A stretch of 64,000 nt of DNA, from positions 157,908 to 221,907 of the forward strand of contig CACBFQ010000002.1 of NCBI GenBank assembly GCA_902538565.1, given 5' to 3'. Below the pieces are notes generated by a model. That model saw nothing but the letters and a program-made list of their open reading frames with translations, had not been told where the DNA came from and searched no databases. Below are positions 1 to 10,532 of the stretch, piece by piece. The first letter of the stretch is position 1. Each line of letters begins with the position of its first letter. Source of the stretch: an uncultured Fidelibacterota bacterium (GTDB taxonomy: Bacteria; Fidelibacterota; Marinisomatia; Marinisomatales; Marinisomataceae). Both the position numbers and the translations under genes were made by a program.

Positions 1-719
1 TAAAATTCATCATGTTCAGAATGTTCTTCTCCTGTTAAAGGGTCAAATGCAACTATTGATTGAATAATATTGTCAAAAATATCAACTCTGATAGCCTTAT
101 CCTCATACGCTGGAAAGATTTCAAAAATATCTCCTAAAATTCTAAAATTACATCTCTCTAAAACTTGATCATTTCTTTGATAATAAATATCGACAAGGTA
201 TTCAGTTAAGCTAGACCTGCTAATAGAATCATCAAGCTTTAAATGAACCACTTGCTTCTTCCATTCTTTTGGATTACCTAAACCATATATACATGAAACA
301 GAGCTTACGACAATGACATCTTTCCTTTGAAGTAAAGAGCTGGTTGCTTTTAATCTTAAACGATCTATTTCTTCATTCATTGAAAAGTCTTTTTCTATAA
401 ATGTATCAGTTACTGGCATATATGATTCAGGCTGATAATAATCGTAATAGCTAATAAAGTATTCAACAGCATTATTTGGAAATAAGTTTTTGAATTCTCC
501 GTAGAGTTGAGCTGCTAAAGTTTTATTATGAGAAATAACTAAAGTCGGCTTTTGAACTTCCTCAATTACCTTTGCAATTGTATATGTTTTTCCTGAACCT
601 GTTACACCAAGTAAAGTCTGATGAGAAGCATTTTCCTTCAATCCATCTGACAGTTCAGATATAGCTGTTGGCTGGTCTCCTGCTGGAGAAAATTTTGATT
701 CTACTTTAAAGTCTGCCAT
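1..719 (-). CDS. uvrB: Excinuclease ABC subunit B (UvrB), N-terminal part; gene runs off the window start
   Basis: My translation from the ATG at 719 gives MADFKVESKFSPAGDQPTAISELSDGLKENASHQTLLGVTGSGKTYT. This has the UvrB GDQP motif and a Walker A, and the frame stays open to base 1. Confidence 0.9.
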   Translation of the reverse strand, partial: MADFKVESKFSPAGDQPTAISELSDGLKENASHQTLLGVTGSGKTYTIAKVIEEVQKPTLVISHNKTLAAQLYGEFKNLFPNNAVEYFISYYDYYQPESYMPVTDTFIEKDFSMNEEIDRLRLKATSSLLQRKDVIVVSSVSCIYGLGNPKEWKKQVVHLKLDDSISRSSLTEYLVDIYYQRNDQVLERCNFRILGDIFEIFPAYEDKAIRVDIFDNIIQSIVAFDPLTGEEHSEHDEF

Positions 720-787
720 AATGACCAATAATTTAAATATTATGAACGATAAAGTAAAATAATATGTATGACAATTATGTAGGGGTT

Positions 788-1330
788 TTATTTTATTTTA
801 AAGAAAAATCTTAGATAATCAAGAAGGCTAATAAATAGTAAAATAGCGGCAATATTTAATAACACAGGCGTAATATAATATATACTCTGAACCTTAAATG
901 CAAAAATGCATAATGCAGCTCCTAAAAAACATACTCCTGTTTTGCCTAAAATATTGGAGCCATAAACTGTTTTTAATTTTGGTAAAAACCAAAGTGAAAA
1001 TATTAAAATAATTAATTGACGCAAAAAATAAAAAATCATAAACCAAGTTGAGATGAGACCTTCTTGATTAAAAAGGATAATAAAAGCGAAGAGTGTAATT
1101 CCATCTGCTATAGGATCAAGTGTCTTGCCAAGCTCTGATTTCTGGTCAAGAATTCTAGCAGCAATTCCATCTAGAAAATCTGATAATAATGATACAAAGA
1201 GTATTATTAAGAAATACGATTGCATTCCATTCTTGTAAGTTATAATCATTGGAGCAATAAGAAAAAATCTCAGAATTGTAATTAGATTAGGGATAAGAAA
1301 TATATCGCTAACTTTGAACAATTTATTCAT
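788..1330 (-). CDS. CDP-alcohol phosphatidyltransferase family protein
   Basis: Carries the DGx2ARx8Gx3Dx3D signature (DFLDGIAARILDQKSELGKTLDPIADG) and is a polytopic membrane protein. Confidence 0.8.
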   Translation of the reverse strand: MNKLFKVSDIFLIPNLITILRFFLIAPMIITYKNGMQSYFLIILFVSLLSDFLDGIAARILDQKSELGKTLDPIADGITLFAFIILFNQEGLISTWFMIFYFLRQLIILIFSLWFLPKLKTVYGSNILGKTGVCFLGAALCIFAFKVQSIYYITPVLLNIAAILLFISLLDYLRFFFKIK

Positions 1331-2558
1331 ATAATTCCTTTAAAATTTTTTCAGTGGAGCCAGAATTTTCTGTCACAAAAGATTTACAATTTTTTGATGA
1401 ACTATTATAATTATTTTTATCTAAAAGCCAATTTATTTTATCAGTAAATATCTCATAGGAATGTACAGAAAAACCACCTGAAACATCTATTAAACCTTCA
1501 GCATCATATTTATTAGAATTCAGAAAATTAGAACCAAAAATAACTGGATTTGAAGCAGCTGCGGGCTCAATAATATTATGTATTCCCGATTTTGAAAAGC
1601 CTCCTCCAACAAAGGCAATAGTACTTTGGGCGTATAATTTTGAAAGAAAACCTACTTTATTTATAATAATATACTTTTCTTCAAATTTGTTAAAATTTTG
1701 ATATTGATTTATTTTTTTGAATGAAAAATCATTATCCACGAGAACAGAACAATAGTAATTCAAATAGGAATCAGTCACTTCATGAGGAACAATTATCACT
1801 TTTTCAAAATGATTAACTAATGGTGAATTAATAAACTTTTCAAAAATAATTTTATTGTCTTCATCCCACATACTTGCAAAAATCAATATATTACCTTCAT
1901 CTTGTCTAGAAGAATCAAGTTTGTATTCCACATTTTCTAAATTATTTAATATTCTATCATATCGAGGATTTCCAATTTTATAAATTTTATCATTTGAAAT
2001 ATTCATTTTTATTTGATGATAATCATTATCACTTACACAAAATATCTTATTAAACATTTTCAAAAATATGTCATATGATTTTCTATATCTTGCTGATGTT
2101 AAAACTGTTGTAATATTTAACTGATTTGCAGCAAATAAAAAACTTGGCCAAAAATCACTTGAAGTAAAGAATATTTTACTAGGTTTTACTATCCTTAAAG
2201 CCCTAAATGATGAAAAAATAAAATCAAATGGTAAATAAATTTTCAGATCAATATTTCTATCATTTACATTTTCAAATCCTGATGGTGAAAAAAAAGAGGT
2301 TATAATTCCTATACCTTGATCTCTTTTTTTTATTTGCTCAATCAATGTCTCAACTTGTTGATATTCTCCAAAAGATGCGCAATGAAACCAATAAATCTTT
2401 GAAAATTTGTTCGTTGGGAATGATTTGAGTGCTGAAAAAGAATTAAATCTCCCAATTAATCCTCTTCTTATTTTTGTGTTAAAAATTGAAAAAATAATTG
2501 ATAAAAGCAAAATTATTGGAAGAGCTACAAGGTTGTATAAAAATATTAGAACCATCAT
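1323..2558 (-). CDS. waaA: 3-deoxy-D-manno-octulosonic acid (Kdo) transferase
   Basis: N-terminal membrane anchor followed by WFHCASFGEYQQVETLI, which resembles the KdtA HAxSxGE motif. The length fits and it sits next to a GT9 gene. Confidence 0.75.
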   Translation of the reverse strand: MMVLIFLYNLVALPIILLLSIIFSIFNTKIRRGLIGRFNSFSALKSFPTNKFSKIYWFHCASFGEYQQVETLIEQIKKRDQGIGIITSFFSPSGFENVNDRNIDLKIYLPFDFIFSSFRALRIVKPSKIFFTSSDFWPSFLFAANQLNITTVLTSARYRKSYDIFLKMFNKIFCVSDNDYHQIKMNISNDKIYKIGNPRYDRILNNLENVEYKLDSSRQDEGNILIFASMWDEDNKIIFEKFINSPLVNHFEKVIIVPHEVTDSYLNYYCSVLVDNDFSFKKINQYQNFNKFEEKYIIINKVGFLSKLYAQSTIAFVGGGFSKSGIHNIIEPAAASNPVIFGSNFLNSNKYDAEGLIDVSGGFSVHSYEIFTDKINWLLDKNNYNSSSKNCKSFVTENSGSTEKILKELYE

Positions 2559-3556
2559 AATGCTAGAGCCCTACTTACATTGCTATACACTTTTTCGCTG
2601 TCTATTGCAGTCATACAGTACTGTTCTTTTCTATAACAAGGTCTACTACCATTTTGTGAGCACGGTCTGCACCATAAATCTTTATTTTCAATGACTCTTG
2701 AGTCACTTAATGTAACTCTGGCACCTGTTTCTTTGGATGTAGGACCTAAAATCATTGTTACTGGTGTCCCCATTGCTTCAGAAATATGTAAAAGACCAGT
2801 ATCACTTCCTAAAGTATGCTGCGCATATTTAACTACACCCATTGCCATTCTTAAAGATGTTTTATCTTTTAAGTTTATGATTTTGTCATGTTTAATAATT
2901 TTATCACAAATAAAATCATTTGTAGATCCAAGAATAACAATTGTTGAATTAAACGAACGAATTAACTTTTTTATTAAATTATTATAATTGTCAATCGACC
3001 ATTGCTTTTGACTCCACGCAGCACCTGGGACAATAGCTATATAATTTTTTCCAATGTTATTTTCACTTAAAAACTGTTTAGTTTTATCTTCCTCAAGTTG
3101 ATCAATATACAAGTTTGTTTGAGGAAAAGTTTTATCTTGTCCTAATAAGGTATGATACATTTTTATATGACTGAAGCTTTCTTCAAAATAATTTTTATAA
3201 CCGTAAAACAATAGAAACCTTCTTAATCTTGGTTTTTTTATCTGCTTAAATAAATTCTTTCTTAAAAAAAGTGATAAAACTCTTGTTCTAAAAACGCTAT
3301 GGATATCAAAAATTATGTCATAATTATTACTTCTTAAAAATCTTCCCAATCGAAATAGCTCATTTAATCCTAATTTTTTATCAAAAGATATAAGTTTATC
3401 AATAATTGGATGTTTTTTTACAAGATCAGAGAATTCCTTCTTGATAAGAAAATGTATCTCACTATCAGGATATTTTTGTTTTACTGATTCTAGAAATGAT
3501 GTTGCAAGAACAATATCACCAATTGCACTCATTCTGATGACTAAAATCTTTTTCAT
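2555..3556 (-). CDS. Glycosyltransferase family 9 (LPS heptosyltransferase-like)
   Basis: N-terminus KILVIRMSAIGDIVLATS and C-terminal GSDTGLLHISEAMGTPV are typical of GT9. Overlaps waaA by 4 nt. Confidence 0.75.
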   Translation of the reverse strand: MKKILVIRMSAIGDIVLATSFLESVKQKYPDSEIHFLIKKEFSDLVKKHPIIDKLISFDKKLGLNELFRLGRFLRSNNYDIIFDIHSVFRTRVLSLFLRKNLFKQIKKPRLRRFLLFYGYKNYFEESFSHIKMYHTLLGQDKTFPQTNLYIDQLEEDKTKQFLSENNIGKNYIAIVPGAAWSQKQWSIDNYNNLIKKLIRSFNSTIVILGSTNDFICDKIIKHDKIINLKDKTSLRMAMGVVKYAQHTLGSDTGLLHISEAMGTPVTMILGPTSKETGARVTLSDSRVIENKDLWCRPCSQNGSRPCYRKEQYCMTAIDSEKVYSNVSRALAL

Positions 3557-4305
3557 GTCTCATTATTAAAAAGTTTATTAGCAAACCAGGAGACGACTAT
3601 ACTTATCTCGTACAAGATTAGCATTGGAATAGACATTATAATCAGACTAATTGGGTCTGGAGGCGTAATTATTGCAGAAAGAACAACTGTTATAGCAATA
3701 GCCTCTCTTCTGTATGTTTTTAAAAATTCTGGATTAATTAATCCAATTGAAGAAAATAAGAACGATGCGACAGGCAATTCGAAAATTAATCCTGCTCCAA
3801 TCATCAAAGATAATACAAAACTAAAATAATAATTGATTGAGAAATTGTTCTGGATATCTGCTGTTATCATTGATGCAAAAAAATCTAAAGAAAAAGGTAA
3901 GATTACCTTATAAGCAAAAACACCTCCCAAAATAAAACAAATAAATGCGGTAAGGATAAGCGGAATTAGTATCTTCTTTTCTTTATCATAAAGGCCTGGA
4001 GATAAAAATTTCCAAACTTGAACTGTTATAACTGGAAGAGATAAAATAATTCCTCCAATGACAGCCAAATTCCATTTTAAAAGAAACATACCCTGAATTG
4101 TTAAAACCTGAAGGTTTAAATCTGAATTAATTTGAGAAGCAGGTTTTATGAGGATATCTACAAGAAAATTTGCAAAATTAAATGTTAAAACTGACATTAA
4201 AAGTATCGAACCTAGTGACTTTAAAATTCTCCATCTTAATTCTTCAAGATGATCTACTATCGACATATCATTATAATTCATTTTTTCCCTTAATTTCATC
4301 AACAA
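3553..4305 (-). CDS. tatC: Sec-independent protein translocase TatC
   Basis: MSIVDHLEELRWRILKS motif and six TM segments. The true start may be the internal ATG at 4266 (MSIVDHL), which would remove the overlap with the upstream gene. Confidence 0.85.
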   Translation of the reverse strand: MLMKLREKMNYNDMSIVDHLEELRWRILKSLGSILLMSVLTFNFANFLVDILIKPASQINSDLNLQVLTIQGMFLLKWNLAVIGGIILSLPVITVQVWKFLSPGLYDKEKKILIPLILTAFICFILGGVFAYKVILPFSLDFFASMITADIQNNFSINYYFSFVLSLMIGAGLIFELPVASFLFSSIGLINPEFLKTYRREAIAITVVLSAIITPPDPISLIIMSIPMLILYEISIVVSWFANKLFNNET

Positions 4306-5218
4306 GTTCGTATGGTGACTTTGTTTTTATTGAGGCTTTATCAATACCATCTAACAGAGCTGTTCTTTCCTCATTCCAAAACTGACTTAAAATATCTTTT
4401 TCAACTATTGATTTTATTCTTCGATTATATCTTAAAACTTGCTTTTCTTGTATATCTTTATTGTCTTTCATGGATTTGAAGTATGAAGTAATAGCTTGTG
4501 AAAAATCTTCAATACCCTCATCCGTTTTACAGCTTGTTTTGAAAATTGGAATTTTCTTTGAGTCTTTTTTTGTTGATGATAAAATATTATTTATAGATTT
4601 TACTAATAGATTAGAATCTTTTCTATCTGACTTATTAACAACAAATACATCGGCTAGTTCTAAAATCCCAGCTTTTAGAAGTTGGATTTCATCTCCAGAT
4701 TCAGGAACGAAAACTAAAGTAGTCAAATCAGTAATTTCGGACACACTGTACTCAGATTGTCCTACTCCAACAGTTTCTATAAAAATTATATCTTTTCCAC
4801 TAAATGCCAAAATATCACTAAAATCTTCTGCTAACTCAGTTACTCCACCAAGCTCTGCTCTAGATCCCATACTTCTTACAAAAACATTATCATCATTTAC
4901 AGCATTATTAATTCTTACTCTATCTCCCAGAAAAGAACCTCCAGTAATTGGACTTGAAGGATCAATTGCAATTACTCCTACCGATAAATTTTCTTTCCTT
5001 ATTATAGGAATAAGCTTGTTCATTAGTGAACTTTTTCCTGCACCAGGAGGACCTGTAATTCCAATCTTCAATGATTTATGAGACTCCTTGAAGATTAGTT
5101 GGGACACTTCCTTTCTTGAAAAAACTCTATTCTCAATACCAGTCATTAAATCAGAAATGGAAATAAAATCATTTTTTCTGGCTTTATCTGCTATTTCTTT
5201 CAAATTCTTTGACGACAT
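4271..5218 (-). CDS. meaB: MeaB/ArgK-type G3E GTPase (methylmalonyl-CoA mutase-associated chaperone family)
   Basis: GITGPPGAGKSSL P-loop, IAIDPSSPITGGSFLGDR, ETVGVGQSE and VVNKSD motifs. Confidence 0.8.
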   Translation of the reverse strand: MSSKNLKEIADKARKNDFISISDLMTGIENRVFSRKEVSQLIFKESHKSLKIGITGPPGAGKSSLMNKLIPIIRKENLSVGVIAIDPSSPITGGSFLGDRVRINNAVNDDNVFVRSMGSRAELGGVTELAEDFSDILAFSGKDIIFIETVGVGQSEYSVSEITDLTTLVFVPESGDEIQLLKAGILELADVFVVNKSDRKDSNLLVKSINNILSSTKKDSKKIPIFKTSCKTDEGIEDFSQAITSYFKSMKDNKDIQEKQVLRYNRRIKSIVEKDILSQFWNEERTALLDGIDKASIKTKSPYELVDEIKGKNEL

Positions 5219-5268
5219 AGTGTAATTTAAAGGATAAAACTTAAAACCATAATCAAATTAGAAAATTA

Positions 5269-5297
5269 TTGACATCTATTTCGGAATAGAATAAGTT
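5269..5297 (+). promoter_or_regulatory. Candidate promoter of rpsT: TTGACA-N17-TAAGTT(GC)
   Basis: TTGACA at 5269-5274 and TAAGTT at 5292-5297, spacer counted as 17 nt. The same motif occurs upstream of rplM and nrdJ. Confidence 0.4.
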
Positions 5298-5310
5298 GCA
5301 ACCACATTTT

Positions 5311-5565
5311 ATGGATAGACATAAACAACAAATTAAAAGAGATAGACAAGACTTAAAGAGAAGAGCTATCAACTCTCAAAACAAGTCAAGAATGCGTACA
5401 CTTATTAAAAATGTATTATCTTCTGACTCAAAAAAAGCTGCTGATGAATATTATTCAAGTGCAGTTTCATTCATTGATAAAATGGCTAGCAAAAATATTA
5501 TTCATAAAAATAATGCTGCTAGACAAAAATCTAAGATTACTAATCATTTAAATTCTTTAAAATAA
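5311..5565 (+). CDS. rpsT: 30S ribosomal protein S20
   Basis: Basic protein (HKQQIKRDRQDLKRRAINSQNKSRMRTLIKNV). The ORF-track TTG start at 5296 lies inside the predicted -10 element, so I prefer the ATG at 5311. Confidence 0.85.
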   Translation: MDRHKQQIKRDRQDLKRRAINSQNKSRMRTLIKNVLSSDSKKAADEYYSSAVSFIDKMASKNIIHKNNAARQKSKITNHLNSLK

Positions 5566-5569
5566 AGAA

Positions 5570-7033
5570 TTACTTATCGTGACCCTGATAGTTCGGGGCT
5601 TCCTTGACAATACTTACTTCGTGTGGGTGACTTTCTTTAACTCCTGCAGATGAAATTTCAATAAATTTTTTATTTTCATATAATGATTTTAGATCTTTGG
5701 CGCCACAATAGCCCATTGAAGATTTTAAACCTCCAATTAGTTGGAAAATTGTATTATTAACTGGACCTCTAAATGGAACCATTCCCTCGATTCCTTCTGG
5801 AACCAATTTTAATTCATCTTTTTCTTGTTGAAAATATCTTTCACCGCCCCCTTCTTTCATTGCAGCTAGTGAACCCATTCCTCTATAAGACTTATATCTT
5901 CTTCCTTCATAAACAATAGTTTCTCCTGGGCTTTCATCCATACCAGCAAGCATACCTCCAAGCATTACTACATTTGCACCAGCAGCTAAAGATTTTGCAA
6001 TATCTCCACTATATCTAATACCACCGTCCGCAATTATAGGTATATTGTGCTTTATTCCAACCTGAGAACAGTCCATAACAGCTGATAACTGTGGTACTCC
6101 AACTCCAGCAATGATTCTTGTAGTGCAACTAGAGCCTGCACCAATGCCAATTTTAACACAATTTGCACCAGCTTTTATCAAATCTTCTGTTGCTTCAGGG
6201 GTTGCTACATTTCCCGCGATTAAATCTAAATTTGGAAATTCTTTTTTTATTTCTTTAACTAATTTTAAAACAAATTCAGAGTGGCCATGTGCTGTATCAA
6301 CAACAATTGCATCTACTCCTACTTTTATGAGTTCTTTTATCCTTTCTTGCCAATCTTCTCTGACACTTATGGCAGCTGCAACTCTTAATCTTCCATTTTT
6401 ATCTTTAGTAGAAAAAGGAAATTCCTCTTTCTTGGTTAAATCTTTAACAGTAATTAAACCATCAAGATTATTTTGCTTATTAACAACTAACAATCTTTCA
6501 ATTCTGTGTTTTTGAAGAATCTTTTTAGCATCTTCGTTACTTGTATCAGAGTCAACTGTAATTAAATTTTTTGAAGTCATTCTATCTTTAACAAGGGTAT
6601 TAAGATCTGATTCAAAACGAATATCTCTTTTTGTAATAATTCCTACTAATTTATCTTTTGATAAAACAGGCAAACCTCCAATAGAATATTGTTCCATTAG
6701 TTGTTTTGCATCTCGTACAGTCTTTTCTTCGTCTAAAGTAATAGGATTTCTAATCATACCACTTTCATATCTTTTCACCTTATCTACCATGAAAGCTTGA
6801 TCTTCAATACTTAAATTTTTGTGAATAACACCGATACCTCCTTGTCTTGCCAAAGCAATTGCCATATCAGATTCAGTGACTGTATCCATAGCTGCGCTCA
6901 TTATAGGAATATTTAAAGTAATATTTCTTGTAAGATTAGTAGCACAATCCACTTCTTTCGGTAAAACAGAGGATCTTCTAGGAACTAATAAAACATCATC
7001 AAATGTTAATTTCTTTTCAACGTTATATGACAT
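5570..7033 (-). CDS. guaB: IMP dehydrogenase
   Basis: [14 protein letters not shown]-terminus, tandem CBS insert, catalytic loop [11 protein letters not shown] and [11 protein letters not shown]. Confidence 0.95.
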   Translation of the reverse strand: MSYNVEKKLTFDDVLLVPRRSSVLPKEVDCATNLTRNITLNIPIMSAAMDTVTESDMAIALARQGGIGVIHKNLSIEDQAFMVDKVKRYESGMIRNPITLDEEKTVRDAKQLMEQYSIGGLPVLSKDKLVGIITKRDIRFESDLNTLVKDRMTSKNLITVDSDTSNEDAKKILQKHRIERLLVVNKQNNLDGLITVKDLTKKEEFPFSTKDKNGRLRVAAAISVREDWQERIKELIKVGVDAIVVDTAHGHSEFVLKLVKEIKKEFPNLDLIAGNVATPEATEDLIKAGANCVKIGIGAGSSCTTRIIAGVGVPQLSAVMDCSQVGIKHNIPIIADGGIRYSGDIAKSLAAGANVVMLGGMLAGMDESPGETIVYEGRRYKSYRGMGSLAAMKEGGGERYFQQEKDELKLVPEGIEGMVPFRGPVNNTIFQLIGGLKSSMGYCGAKDLKSLYENKKFIEISSAGVKESHPHEVSIVKEAPNYQGHDK

Positions 7034-7153
7034 AAATATCTCCGGGCGTAATTAGTGGAATGGCTTGTGTAACCAACTTTTTAGAACAAAAAGTTTTTAC
7101 TAAGGTCAACATTGGACAATTTAACAAAAAAGATAAAAAAAACCAGGATATTA

Positions 7154-7915
7154 TTAAGCCTGATCAAACCTTAGAAAATCATACTTTCTTTTAGAGGAAA
7201 AATAGTAATACATATTAAAAAAGAAGAAGTATAAAAGACCAATAAATGCAAACCATAATTCTTTAGAAGAAATGAAAATAAAAATAATTAAGGGAAGATA
7301 TTTTTGAGCATAAACAATTTGATTCCTTGATTTAAATAATAAAGAAGAAACTAAAAAAGGTATATATATGGCTGCGCTAGTAGCAAGTACTGGCTCATTA
7401 AATCTTAGAGATAAAAATAAAGTAAGAGTACTTAAAAATAGTCCTAGAGAAATACTAAAATAACTGTATGATCTATAAATTACATATAGAACAACATTCA
7501 ATAAAAATAACCCTATCATCAACTTTCCATGGATAAAAATATTTATTAAACTAAAAAGTGAAATAAACAATAGGAAATTTGTTTGGAAATCAGATTTAAC
7601 TGTCCTAAATGGACCAAAATAATCAAATTTTTTCATTAAGTATAAAAGAAAAATGGTATGTAAAACGATACTAATTACACCAAACCAATCATAGCTGTTA
7701 AGTGAAAAAATATATTTTTCATTATTTTCAATACCAACAGGATTGAAAATAACATAAATATCATATGACTTGATTAAATAATGTTTAAAAGATAATACGC
7801 ACCACATTGGAAAAAACATTTCTAATCTGTCGATTAATTCCTTATCAATAGATTTAAAAATATTATGCAGAAAATTAAACTGACTTGAATCTTCTGGAAA
7901 AAGTATTTTTATCAT
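7154..7915 (-). CDS. Hypothetical polytopic membrane protein
   Basis: Long ORF with several hydrophobic segments, 5 nt downstream of the SNF transporter gene. I recognise no family. Confidence 0.5.
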   Translation of the reverse strand: MIKILFPEDSSQFNFLHNIFKSIDKELIDRLEMFFPMWCVLSFKHYLIKSYDIYVIFNPVGIENNEKYIFSLNSYDWFGVISIVLHTIFLLYLMKKFDYFGPFRTVKSDFQTNFLLFISLFSLINIFIHGKLMIGLFLLNVVLYVIYRSYSYFSISLGLFLSTLTLFLSLRFNEPVLATSAAIYIPFLVSSLLFKSRNQIVYAQKYLPLIIFIFISSKELWFAFIGLLYFFFFNMYYYFSSKRKYDFLRFDQA

Positions 7916-7920
7916 TTAAT

Positions 7921-9321
7921 TTATATCCATCCAATTGAGTAAAGGAAAACAAGGAAAATAAGTACTGGACAAATATATTTTACAGTGAAACTGAATGCAG
8001 ACTTAAATCCTTTTGATTTCACAATTCCATTACCAAAATATATAGAATTTGAATCACCAATTAATAAATTTCTAATGACCTCATCAATACCCCATACATA
8101 TCCAGCAAATACTGCTAAGAAAAATCCCCCAAAAGGTAATAGAAGATTTGATGCTAAATAATCAGCAATATCAAAAAATGTTAAGGCTTTATCTTGAAAG
8201 TTGAAAGTATAGTCAGAAAGAACATTAAATGACAATGCACATGGAATAGCTGCCAGATATACTAAACCAGCCATAAGTAATACTGCTTTCTTTCTAGAAA
8301 ATTTTCTCTCATCAACTAAATAAGCAACGCTTACCTCTAAAATTGAAATTCCAGATGTAACTGCAGCAATAGAGAGTAATAAAAAGAATAAAAATGCAAA
8401 TATATATCCTCCAACAAGGTTTGATAGTAATGGTGGTAGTACATGAAATACTAGACCTGGTCCAGCTGTAGGATCATAGCCTGATGAAAATACTACAGTG
8501 AATATTGCTACACCTGCAAAAATAGCAATGACAGTATCTAAAAATGCAACTAAATACGATGCATTAACAATATCGTCTTTGTCAGATAAATAACTTCCGT
8601 ATGTCATCATTGCTCCCATACCTAAACTCAAAGTAAAAAAAGCATGTCCTAAAGCTAGGAGGAACGTCTGGCCATTGATCTTGGACCAATCTGGCTGAAA
8701 TAAGAATGAAACACCTTTATTGGCATCTGGTAGAATTAATCCCTGGACAACCAATATCATCAAAATAAATAGCAATATTGGCATAAGAAACTTGCTCGCT
8801 TTTTCAAGACCTGCCCTTACTCCTGACAAAAGAATAAAAACAACAATAGATAAGAATAAAGTGTGATACCCTATTACCCATAAAGGACTACTGTTTCTAA
8901 AATTAAAGAAATCTCCTGCAGTTGAAGGATTTGTAAATGCTGGAGTATTAAAAGTTCCTACTAACGCTTCATATGTATAAGCCAAAGACCATCCACCAAC
9001 AACGCTATAAAATGATAATATGGTAAAACTTGCTAAGACACCTAATGCGCCTACATATTTCCAAAAAGGATTATTTGTGAGCGTTTTAAATGCTCCTACG
9101 GGATTTTTTTTAGTAGCTCTACCTAACAATATTTCAATATTAAGAATAGGTAAACCAATTAAAACAATACAAATTAAATAAATAAATAGAAATGCAGCTC
9201 CTCCATTTTCTCCAGCTATATATGGAAATTTCCAAATATTTCCAAGACCAACCGCTGATCCTGCAGCTGCTAAAATAAAACTAGCTTTTGAACTCCATTG
9301 CTCTCTATTATTTTCCATCAA
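7921..9321 (-). CDS. Sodium:neurotransmitter symporter (SNF/NSS) family transporter
   Basis: WSSKASFILAAAGSAVGLGNIWKFPY is the NSS TM1 signature. About 11-12 TM segments. Confidence 0.9.
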   Translation of the reverse strand: MMENNREQWSSKASFILAAAGSAVGLGNIWKFPYIAGENGGAAFLFIYLICIVLIGLPILNIEILLGRATKKNPVGAFKTLTNNPFWKYVGALGVLASFTILSFYSVVGGWSLAYTYEALVGTFNTPAFTNPSTAGDFFNFRNSSPLWVIGYHTLFLSIVVFILLSGVRAGLEKASKFLMPILLFILMILVVQGLILPDANKGVSFLFQPDWSKINGQTFLLALGHAFFTLSLGMGAMMTYGSYLSDKDDIVNASYLVAFLDTVIAIFAGVAIFTVVFSSGYDPTAGPGLVFHVLPPLLSNLVGGYIFAFLFFLLLSIAAVTSGISILEVSVAYLVDERKFSRKKAVLLMAGLVYLAAIPCALSFNVLSDYTFNFQDKALTFFDIADYLASNLLLPFGGFFLAVFAGYVWGIDEVIRNLLIGDSNSIYFGNGIVKSKGFKSAFSFTVKYICPVLIFLVFLYSIGWI

Positions 9322-9745
9322 TATCTCCTGTATCTGATTGTGGGTCGTTTTCTTTAACTATTTTATCAAAATCATTTAGATGTGCCTCAACAACAGAATC
9401 TAGAATTCCATAAAAATACAATCCAATTGCTATCCAAGCAAAACGATTTCTCTCTCTTAAATAATAATCTTGAAATTTGTCATAACTCTCATTGTAGTCT
9501 TTGTATTTTTTTCTATTTTCGTTAAAACTATATAAAGAAAAAAGTTCAGCAGCAATTAAAGTATATCCTTTGATTTTTTGATCATTGTATAACTGCCCTA
9601 CTCCTGGAAAAATCAACGACTTTTTTAATGCTACATTAGGATCTTTTGCTTGTTCATCTGCAGTTCTAAAATCAATCTTCTGCTGAGTGAAACATATAGA
9701 AATTAGAATCAGCCCTATGAAAATATTTTTTATTATCCTAAACAT
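9308..9745 (-). CDS. DUF5683-like small membrane/secreted protein
   Basis: Signal/anchor sequence followed by FPGVGQLYNDQKIKGY, which resembles the DUF5683 PG(L/V)GQxYN motif common in Bacteroidota-type genomes. Confidence 0.5.
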   Translation of the reverse strand: MFRIIKNIFIGLILISICFTQQKIDFRTADEQAKDPNVALKKSLIFPGVGQLYNDQKIKGYTLIAAELFSLYSFNENRKKYKDYNESYDKFQDYYLRERNRFAWIAIGLYFYGILDSVVEAHLNDFDKIVKENDPQSDTGDIDGK

Positions 9746-10095
9746 TCTACTTCAACATTTGCTCCCATAGGTAAACCTGCAACTTGAATTGTTGATCTAG
9801 CAGGAAATGGTTCATTAACCCTTTTTTCAATTTCAGCATTAACCAATGGAGTAATTGACAAATCTGTTAAAAAAACTAAAAATTTTCTAACATCATTTAA
9901 AGATTTTCCATTATCTGATAAAACAGCTTCAAGATTATCAAAAACTTGCATAACCTCTTCTTCGACGCTATTATTATTCAAAGTACCATTTTTAGGGTCA
10001 ATGGGAATCTGTCCTGAGGTTATCCAACCTCCAGAAGATAATTTTCTAAACATTGAGTATGGCCCAACAGGATTTGGTGATTTAAATTTTGACAT
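9733..10095 (-). CDS. ridA: RidA/YjgF family reactive-intermediate deaminase
   Basis: Length and motifs fit: GPYSMF...GQIPIDP...VFLTD...ARSTIQVAGLPMGANVEVE. Confidence 0.85.
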   Translation of the reverse strand: MSKFKSPNPVGPYSMFRKLSSGGWITSGQIPIDPKNGTLNNNSVEEEVMQVFDNLEAVLSDNGKSLNDVRKFLVFLTDLSITPLVNAEIEKRVNEPFPARSTIQVAGLPMGANVEVECLG

Positions 10096-10097
10096 AA

Positions 10098-10532
10098 TTA
10101 CTCCTTGATTTTACATAAACTTAATGTTGCAAGTCCAATTTCATCATTCATTTTTCGATGAGTTTCATGTCTAAAATCATGAATAATGAATTCTCCAACT
10201 GCAGCTACTTCCATTTCAAATAAATGCCCCCCAAAAACCTCCATATCATGGGTACCTAGGGTGATGTGAGTATGTAAGAATGGTTTACCATCTTTCAATG
10301 CTACATTTCCTTGAAATGATAATAACTCTAATATTTCATCAAATTTTCTATGAATATAATCTTTTGTATTAATATCGTATGCTCCAATATCAATATTTTT
10401 GACTGCTCCAATACCTGCTAATTGTCCTGAGTGAATATTATTTTCAATACAAAAGTTGGTTAATGTTTCCATAACTTTTTCACCCTTCTCAACATAAACG
10501 ATGAATGAATTATTTAATTTTTGAAATTGCAT
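10098..10532 (-). CDS. PPC (DUF296) domain protein
   Basis: Pattern GIGAV...ELLSFQGNV...PFLHTHITLG...GGHL matches the PPC/DUF296 fold signature. Confidence 0.7.
   Translation of the reverse strand: MQFQKLNNSFIVYVEKGEKVMETLTNFCIENNIHSGQLAGIGAVKNIDIGAYDINTKDYIHRKFDEILELLSFQGNVALKDGKPFLHTHITLGTHDMEVFGGHLFEMEVAAVGEFIIHDFRHETHRKMNDEIGLATLSLCKIKE

Noticed and set aside
4461-5081. A 206-aa plus-strand ORF antisense to meaB. Similar antisense ORFs occur at 6111-6515, 10716-11351, 54917-55258, 56494-57006, 59636-59983 and 60795-61100.
   Set aside because: All lie fully inside well-supported conserved genes on the other strand. Their translations are low-complexity (Ser/Leu/Ile/Phe-rich) with no recognisable motifs. 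They are shadow ORFs.
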